Shown: positions 57,514 through 64,000 of the stretch, piece by piece
Layout of the letters: each line of letters begins with the position of its first letter
Position numbering within the stretch: position 1 is the stretch's first letter
Assembly: GCA_041615815.1 (NCBI GenBank)
Contig: JBFJCP010000012.1
Span: 32,001-96,000 of the forward strand
Reading direction: 5' to 3'
Origin: Gemmatimonadales bacterium
GTDB lineage: Bacteria; Gemmatimonadota; Gemmatimonadetes; Gemmatimonadales; GWC2-71-9
Length of the DNA stretch: 64,000 nt
Translations under genes and position numbers: made by a program
The notes under the pieces: generated by a model
Told to the model about the DNA's origin: nothing
Database searches by the model: none
Seen by the model: only the letters and a program-made list of their open reading frames with translations

Positions 57514-58818
57514 TCAAGACATCTGACCGAGGAGAGCCTCGAGTTCCGAGGGCACGGGCGCCAACTCCAGCACGCGCTCCGGTACATCAACGAGCGCCTT
57601 GAGGGGCGCGGGGAGAGCGATGGTCTCGTCGATCAACGGCTCCACCACCTCTCGGAACTTCGCTGGGTGGGCCGTGGCCAACCCAATGCCCACCGCGGGC
57701 TCCGCAAGATCACCGAGACCCAGGTAGCCCACGGCGCCGTGGGGATCCAACAGATATCCGAACCGCCGATAGACACCCACGATGGCCGCCTTCGTGGCAT
57801 CGTCCGAATGGACGCTTCCCACCACGTCGCGCCGCAGCTCGGGCTCGCGTCCCGCGTAGAGTGCCAGCATCCGCGGAACGTTACTGGGATCGCCCACGTC
57901 CATCGCGCTCGAGATCGTTCGCCGAGACGGGCCGGGCCGATATCGTCCGGTTCGTAGGAACTGTGGGACCACATCGTTGACGTTGGTGGCCGCTACGAAT
58001 TGCGTAACGGGGAGCCCCATGCGCTTGGCTACGAGCCCCGCGGTCAGATTGCCGAAGTTCCCGCAGGGCACGCTGACGATGATCGAGTCAGCCCATCTCT
58101 TCGTGGCCCGACACAGTTGCGTCCAAGCGTGGAAGTAGTAGATCGCCTGCGGCAGCCAACGTCCGACGTTGATCGAGTTGGCGGACGTGAGCGAACACTC
58201 GGTGCGCAGCGTCTCGTCGCCGAGTGCCCCCTTGGCCAAGCGCTGGCAATCGTCGAACGTCCCATCGACTGCGACAGCAGTCACGTTCCCGCCCAGAGTA
58301 GAGAACTGCCGACGCTGTAGCGGGCTCACCTGACCCGCGGGAAAGAGCACCACGACGCGCACGTCGGCCAGGTCGTAAAACGCGTGCGCCACGGCCCCAC
58401 CGGTATCGCCAGAGGTGGCAGTGATCACCGTGAGCGGACGCGTCCCAGTCCTCCGATACGCCACGATCAGCCGCGCCATGCATCTCGCGCCGACGTCTTT
58501 GAAGGCCAAGGTGGGACCATGGAACAACTCCAGCAGAAAGCGGCGCTCGTCCAGGGGTACCAGCGGGATTGCGAAGTCCAAAGCGGCATCCACGATTCGC
58601 GTGAGTTCGGCGGCGGTGAAACCGTCGCCAAGTAGATGCCGCAGGACGGTCCGGCCAATGCCGGACAACCCCTCTGCGATCAGGCCCTGCAGCGTGGTGC
58701 TTGGGAGCGGCGGGATCGCTTCCGGGATGTACAGCCCGCCATCGGGTGCCAAGCCGTGAAACAGGGCCGTGCGAAAATCGACTGGGGGCGCCGACCCCAC
58801 CGTGCTGACGAAACGCAT
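57514..58818 (-). CDS. thrC: Threonine synthase
   Basis: GLAPDGGLYIP, ELFHGPTLAFKD, ATSGDTG, SANSIN, PCGNFGN, DPHGA, TAHPAKF. Confidence 0.93.
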   Translation of the reverse strand: MRFVSTVGSAPPVDFRTALFHGLAPDGGLYIPEAIPPLPSTTLQGLIAEGLSGIGRTVLRHLLGDGFTAAELTRIVDAALDFAIPLVPLDERRFLLELFHGPTLAFKDVGARCMARLIVAYRRTGTRPLTVITATSGDTGGAVAHAFYDLADVRVVVLFPAGQVSPLQRRQFSTLGGNVTAVAVDGTFDDCQRLAKGALGDETLRTECSLTSANSINVGRWLPQAIYYFHAWTQLCRATKRWADSIIVSVPCGNFGNLTAGLVAKRMGLPVTQFVAATNVNDVVPQFLRTGRYRPGPSRRTISSAMDVGDPSNVPRMLALYAGREPELRRDVVGSVHSDDATKAAIVGVYRRFGYLLDPHGAVGYLGLGDLAEPAVGIGLATAHPAKFREVVEPLIDETIALPAPLKALVDVPERVLELAPVPSELEALLGQMS

Positions 58819-58881
58819 GGCGACAAGCGTACGAAGTCGGGGAGATTGGTGCAACGAGGAGGCGCGTTGGAGCGACGCAGC

Positions 58882-61266
58882 TCAGAACTGGGGAAGCTCC
58901 ACGCGAAGAGCGAACCGATCGCTATCGTAATTGGTGACCTGCCACACGAACCAAACGGAGGGGTTGAGCGGCGAGAGCATGGGCAAGAAATTGCCGATTC
59001 CGAAACCCAGCTCTCCGTACGGGGTTGGCGCGCGCTGCGCGAGTTCGTCACCAGGGTTGACCGCGTGGTCCACGAAGTCCGTGACGAACATCCCGCCGGA
59101 GATACTGAGCGTCAACGGAAGCTCACGAAGTAGCGGGAGCCAGTTGAACGCCTGTTGACCGAAGTCGTGTCGAACGTGCACCATGGCCACGCGATTCCCG
59201 CTGAAATTCGTGGCGTTCAACGTGTTGAACCCGTCGGATTCCAGGAACGGGCCTTCGCTCCGGCCGAAGTCGACGGTGAAGTATCGCTGGGGTGGCAGAT
59301 TGCCCCCGGCGGCCCCAATCACGGCGTCGATGGTCGTGAGGCCCAGATTGAGCGTCCGCTGTCGCCTGGTGAGGCGAACGTAATACCGCAAGAAGTCGAA
59401 CTCGCTGTCCAGCACACTGGGCGAAGCGTACTCTGTGCCGAGCGTGACCTGTGTGTAGGTAAACGTGTTGAAGACGAAGTCTCGACCTTTGCGTTTGAGC
59501 CGAGGCCGTGAATCGTACGTCAGGCTTGCAGAAAGCGAGCGAAATCGACCTGGCACGACGGGTGGATTGGGACGGGGGATCTCATCTCGATCGAGAATCG
59601 AATATTCGGAGGCGACTGACCGAGATGCGTGGTCCATGTCATGGTACGCCACCTGTAAACGGACGAAGTTGACGACCTTGGTTTGGACCGACACGGTGAA
59701 GCCCCGCTCCTGGAAATAGTCGAGCGGATCATCCTTATCCACCAAAGCTCCAAAGGTCGTGTTCCGACCGCCTGCGATCACGGACGGTCGCGAACGCGTT
59801 TCGTCACGGTAGGCCACGCCGACCCACAGTCGTTGCGGCTCGGACACGCGGTACCACCCACCGAAATGGAACTGCCATTCCTCGCTGCCAAAGGCGTACC
59901 CGGTCTTGCCCCGCAGCACGAGCTTCGGTGAGAGCTCCGACAACGTCCCTCCCACGCCGAGATAGGCGCCTTCTACTCGATTGAAGTGAAAGACATCTTC
60001 GTTAGCCGCGATACCGATGGCCCCCACGGTCGCGCCGAGCACTCGGCGCCCGAACGGTGGTGGCTGGCTCTCGATGGAATCGATCCGGATCCACGCAGCT
60101 CGCTCGGTGTCCGTGAGCGGGACAGCCCGCCTTTCCTCCCATGCCGTGCTGTCGATCCGGTCCGCCTGGTCGTCCACGACCATGAGGTATTCTCCCAGGC
60201 TCGACGGAGTGCCTCCCTGATCGAATCGGTAGTTCTCAAGGCTCGCGACATGGGCGAACGACAGATGGTTGGGGAAGCCCGGAATCGGCACCCCCACGTG
60301 GAGCTCTCCCGAGAAGCGGATCTCCACCGGCATCCACGCGTCCTCGCCCACCGGCTGCAGCCGTTGCCGATAGCGCAAATTCGTAAAGAGGGGGAACCGG
60401 AGTGCTTCGTTGGCCCCCACGTCGACGGCCTGAACGTCGAAGGTGGAATCTGCGATGTCGATCATGCCTGCAAAGAGTGGCCGCGCGCGCGACCGGGGCT
60501 CGATGGCTAATCGGAACACCATCTGCTCCCCGCTCCATAGGGTATCGATGAGCTGGTAGTCGTAGAAATCCAGGGCATCGTCCGCCGTTGGTGACACCAC
60601 GGCATATCGCCCCACGTCGATGCGATCGCGGTTGAAGTTCACGATCTGTCCCACCGAGACGAGGTTCCGCTCGGCGTCCAGGTTGCGGGACTGTCGCCGG
60701 GCGAGGATCACTTCCTGATAACGGTCGGGTTGTTCCCAGTACGCGGTGGTCTGCGTCTCGGTCAAGAGCACAATCGATTCCGGCAGATCCTCCGTCTTCT
60801 TGAGATCGCGAACCACGAACTTCACATAGGCGTCGTAGCGGTAATCGTTGATGCGAGCAAGGAGATCGTTTTTTCGTGCAATCGCTTGCCGGATGATCCG
60901 CAGGGCGGGGTTCTCGTAATCCGCCGAAACGGTGACAGATGCAAGCTCCACCGGAATCGGGCGCATGAGAATCGCAACATCATGCACGTCCCTGCTCGCC
61001 GTGACGGTCAGGGATACCATCCGAAAACCGATCTTTCGGATCTCGAGCACGACCGGCCCTGGTGGGACGTCGATGCGAAATGCCCCGGCGCGGCTGGTTA
61101 GGGTGGACCGGTGCTCGCCTGCGACTCGAACGATCGCAAATGGAATGGGGTCGCCAGAGACCGTGTCGCGGACGATGCCCTGCACCGCCACGAGTGAATC
61201 CCGTTGCGCAGCAGCCACCGGGACGATGCCCAGTACGCAGCAAAGAAGAAGGGGGAGCGAGCGCAT
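58882..61266 (-). CDS. Outer-membrane protein with carboxypeptidase-regulatory-like domain plus DUF5686-type barrel
   Basis: GIVRDTVSGDPIPFA, KIGF, NPALRIIRQAI, VVSPTAD..FYDY, FNRVEG, C-terminal Phe. Confidence 0.75.
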   Translation of the reverse strand: MRSLPLLLCCVLGIVPVAAAQRDSLVAVQGIVRDTVSGDPIPFAIVRVAGEHRSTLTSRAGAFRIDVPPGPVVLEIRKIGFRMVSLTVTASRDVHDVAILMRPIPVELASVTVSADYENPALRIIRQAIARKNDLLARINDYRYDAYVKFVVRDLKKTEDLPESIVLLTETQTTAYWEQPDRYQEVILARRQSRNLDAERNLVSVGQIVNFNRDRIDVGRYAVVSPTADDALDFYDYQLIDTLWSGEQMVFRLAIEPRSRARPLFAGMIDIADSTFDVQAVDVGANEALRFPLFTNLRYRQRLQPVGEDAWMPVEIRFSGELHVGVPIPGFPNHLSFAHVASLENYRFDQGGTPSSLGEYLMVVDDQADRIDSTAWEERRAVPLTDTERAAWIRIDSIESQPPPFGRRVLGATVGAIGIAANEDVFHFNRVEGAYLGVGGTLSELSPKLVLRGKTGYAFGSEEWQFHFGGWYRVSEPQRLWVGVAYRDETRSRPSVIAGGRNTTFGALVDKDDPLDYFQERGFTVSVQTKVVNFVRLQVAYHDMDHASRSVASEYSILDRDEIPRPNPPVVPGRFRSLSASLTYDSRPRLKRKGRDFVFNTFTYTQVTLGTEYASPSVLDSEFDFLRYYVRLTRRQRTLNLGLTTIDAVIGAAGGNLPPQRYFTVDFGRSEGPFLESDGFNTLNATNFSGNRVAMVHVRHDFGQQAFNWLPLLRELPLTLSISGGMFVTDFVDHAVNPGDELAQRAPTPYGELGFGIGNFLPMLSPLNPSVWFVWQVTNYDSDRFALRVELPQF

Positions 61267-61313
61267 GATACCTGGTACGAACAGTAACCAGGCCGAGTTC
61301 CGCGTGGGGGGGA

Positions 61314-62048
61314 CTACGTCACGAGCCCCCGAAGCGCTTGGGAACCGGTTCGGCTCGCCACCACCGTCGAGCCGTCCCTGAGTTGCACGGCGACCCGCCG
61401 ATCGTCGTACGGCTCGATGGTAGAGACGAAATCCAGGTTGATGATGTGCTGGCGGTGGATGCGGCGAAACCGTTCCCCGTCGAGGCGTCCCTCGAGCTCG
61501 CTCAGCGAAACGTTCAACAGATACCGACCCCGCTCCGTGTGGGCGGCCACATAGCTACCGCTGGCTTCAAATCGGACCACCGATTCCAGGGTGAAGGGAA
61601 CGATCTTGGTGCCGACGCGGGCAAACAGCCGGCGTACGGGCCCCGCACCCAGGGCCTCGCGCGCCCGCACGACCACGGCGTCGCCCTCTGGCTCCAGGAG
61701 CCGGCGGCGAACCCGTTCGAGCATGGCGTGGAATCGCTTTCGACCGAACGGCTTGACGAGATAATCGATGGCTTCGAGCTCGAAGGCGGTCACCGCGTAT
61801 TGATCGTAGGCCGTGGTGAAGACGACCGCCGGCACGTGCTCCGTCTGCTCCAAGACCTCTAAACCGGTGAGCTCCGGCATCTGGACATCGAGGAAGATGA
61901 GATCCGGCTCGAGCTTATTGATGAGCCTGAGCGCCACCCGCCCGTCCTCCGCCTCCCCAACGATCTCGAGCCAGTCGACCTCGCCCGCGAGCTCGCGCAG
62001 CGTTTGGCGCGCTAGCGGCTCATCCTCGGCAATTAGGGCGCGGACCAT
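61314..62048 (-). CDS. LytTR-family response regulator
   Basis: AEDEPLAR, FLDVQMP, FTTAYDQYA, DYLVKPF, FRRIHRQHIIN, SR. Confidence 0.93.
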   Translation of the reverse strand: MVRALIAEDEPLARQTLRELAGEVDWLEIVGEAEDGRVALRLINKLEPDLIFLDVQMPELTGLEVLEQTEHVPAVVFTTAYDQYAVTAFELEAIDYLVKPFGRKRFHAMLERVRRRLLEPEGDAVVVRAREALGAGPVRRLFARVGTKIVPFTLESVVRFEASGSYVAAHTERGRYLLNVSLSELEGRLDGERFRRIHRQHIINLDFVSTIEPYDDRRVAVQLRDGSTVVASRTGSQALRGLVT

Positions 62049-63145
62049 ACGCGGATGCCCGGTGGAGTCGTGAACTGATGCCTCGCGGGGAACGACAACC
62101 GAACGATGAACCCTTGTCCCGGGGCCGTTTCGAATTCGAAACGGCCCCGATCGCCGTACAGCGCCTCCACTCGCTGTCGGACCAACTTGAGTCCCATGCG
62201 ACCGTTGGAGCGCACGGCCGCAGGATCGGCACCAGGACCGTCATCGCGCACCTCGAGACGGAGTTCCCCGTGTGCCAAGCCCGCGCCAATCCAGATCGTG
62301 CCACCACCAGCTCTCGGGGCAACCGCGTGCCGGATGGCATTCTCGACGAGTGGTTGGAGGCAAAACGCGGGCGCCACGCTCTCCAAGGTCGCATCCTCGA
62401 TAGCCGCATGTACCCGGAGCCTATCGCCAATCCGCAGTGACTCGAGGGCCAGGTAGTTCTGCACGAACTCCCATTCCTCGCCAAACGTGACTTCGTCCCG
62501 AGTTTCTTGATGCACCCGCGACGCGTATCGGAGGAGATCCGCAAACTGCTCGATGGCATCCTCGGCCGCCTCGGAATCCTTGCGGACGAGGGCGATCAGA
62601 GAATGGAGGGTATTGAACAGGAAATGCGGATTGAGTTGCGCGCGGAGTGCCTGGAGCTCCGCTCGGGCCCGAAGACCCTCCGCCCGCGCGGCCCGATGCT
62701 CCTCTTCACGCAATCGGGTGGTCGAGCGAAACGCGTACGTGAGACTCCCGAGAATCGTGTAGATCATGAGGGACATGAAAAAGTGCCACGGGAGCATGGC
62801 CGCAATCGAGGCGGACTCTGGGAAGTGCTTGCCCACGATGGGCCAGGTCGCCGTGTATATCCCGAATTCCGCAAGACCCACGAGAACGGCATACACCACC
62901 ACCCCACCCAGGTGGATCCCGAGAAACCGGACCACCGACGCGGTGCGCCACTCGACCCGCGAGCAGAGCCACACGACACCGATACCGACCACCGCGGATG
63001 GCAGCACGGCGTTCAGCGCCACGATAAACCCCGGACCCGGCGGCATCTCTCCACTCAGGAGAAACGCCGTAGCATAGACCCCGAGGTAGGGAACCCAGGC
63101 CGCCCCATAGAACAGCCAGAACCGCCGACCACCGTGTGGGATCAT
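62033..63145 (-). CDS. LytS/YehU-type membrane histidine kinase
   Basis: 4 TM segments; LRAQLNPHFLFNTLH, QPLVENAIRH, DDGPG, GLKLVRQR. Confidence 0.92.
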   Translation of the reverse strand: MIPHGGRRFWLFYGAAWVPYLGVYATAFLLSGEMPPGPGFIVALNAVLPSAVVGIGVVWLCSRVEWRTASVVRFLGIHLGGVVVYAVLVGLAEFGIYTATWPIVGKHFPESASIAAMLPWHFFMSLMIYTILGSLTYAFRSTTRLREEEHRAARAEGLRARAELQALRAQLNPHFLFNTLHSLIALVRKDSEAAEDAIEQFADLLRYASRVHQETRDEVTFGEEWEFVQNYLALESLRIGDRLRVHAAIEDATLESVAPAFCLQPLVENAIRHAVAPRAGGGTIWIGAGLAHGELRLEVRDDGPGADPAAVRSNGRMGLKLVRQRVEALYGDRGRFEFETAPGQGFIVRLSFPARHQFTTPPGIRVWSAP

Positions 63146-63422
63146 GCCTGGCAGCGCCTTGCGTCAACGGTGCGCGTACACATCACTCAGAATGATATGG
63201 CCGTAGCCCGGATGAAGCACTAGGTCCCCCGCTGATTCCGCCCGGCCGCGCATCGCTGCCAGTCGGATGGGAGACGCATGGCCGCCACCAACCACCGACT
63301 CACGAACCCGGCGTACGCGATGCTGTCAACTTTCTGGCTGTCCCATCCTGCGGAGCCCCATCTCGACCACGAGTGCTCCCGGTGTGCCTGCCCAACTCGA
63401 GGTTCTCCGTCCGGTTCGTATG

Positions 63423-63660
63423 TCATGGCTGGATGGCTCCAACGTTGGTGTGCGGATCACGGAGGTATAGCGTTGGCGCACCTGGCCCGAAGCAAAGCCC
63501 GTGCAACGGGGCCACTATCGTACCGATGGACTGACCGGACCCGTCCAGGACGTGGAATACGTGCCGCATCCGCGACACGCAGTCCCTTCGACCAAGAGCC
63601 CAGCGGAAAAGCGACCGTTCGCGCCCCGCCACGTCGACGGCCCGGCACGTCATCAATCGT
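63423..63660 (-). pseudogene. Possible degraded remnant of a beta-propeller C-terminus
   Basis: HVFHVLDGSGQSIGTIVAP..FGPGAPTLYL looks protein-like, but the upstream frame is not coherent. Confidence 0.25.
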
Positions 63661-64000
63661 TCGTTCTCACCGCCGTTCACCATCGTGCGCTCCCGCTTCG
63701 AGCCCCTATTCCTCAGCCTACACGGTTCCATAATTAGCCGGTCATGCGCCCCACTCCAGACCGAAGAGGACGAGTGGGCGCATGGCCTCCTCCAGCGGGC
63801 CGGGGACCCTCCTGATCGGCGTGTGCCGACCTAGAGGGGGCGGCGCAGACGCTTTGGTTTGGCTGTATACTCCGCCGGGACGTCAACTCGGAGCTCGATC
63901 TGGAGCGCACCACTCGATCGATTCTCATCTTCTGGGCACCGCTCGCGGCTACATGGTTGATGATGGCCTCCGAGGGGCCCTTTCTCGCTGCCATCATTGC

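Overview
GC-rich, densely coding bacterial DNA. The gene content (DUF5916 and DUF5686 outer-membrane proteins, DUF4153, LytS/LytTR, beta-propellers) suggests a Gemmatimonadota-like organism, which is an inference. I call about 58 CDS and see no rRNA, tRNA, CRISPR array or transposase. Most of the window is ordinary housekeeping or accessory content: a RimK/RimB/aspartoacylase-family trio, a class II photolyase, a GluR0-like channel, CoA ligases, an ATP-dependent DNA ligase, a Liv-type ABC transporter, three GGDEF-EAL proteins, leuB and thrC. The standout is a compact operon at 39677-42608. A textbook MerR operator/promoter precedes merR, a GDCCVxC Cys-rich protein, a Cys-motif membrane protein, merB and merT. 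In the slot normally held by merP there is a gene that the ORF track splits in two. It reads as one 188-aa exported thioredoxin-like protein with an in-frame TGA in a U-G-G-C (UxxC) motif, followed by a SECIS-like hairpin. The operon contains no merA or merP, so it may be an organomercury system that uses a selenoprotein. All family calls come from motif recognition, not database searches.
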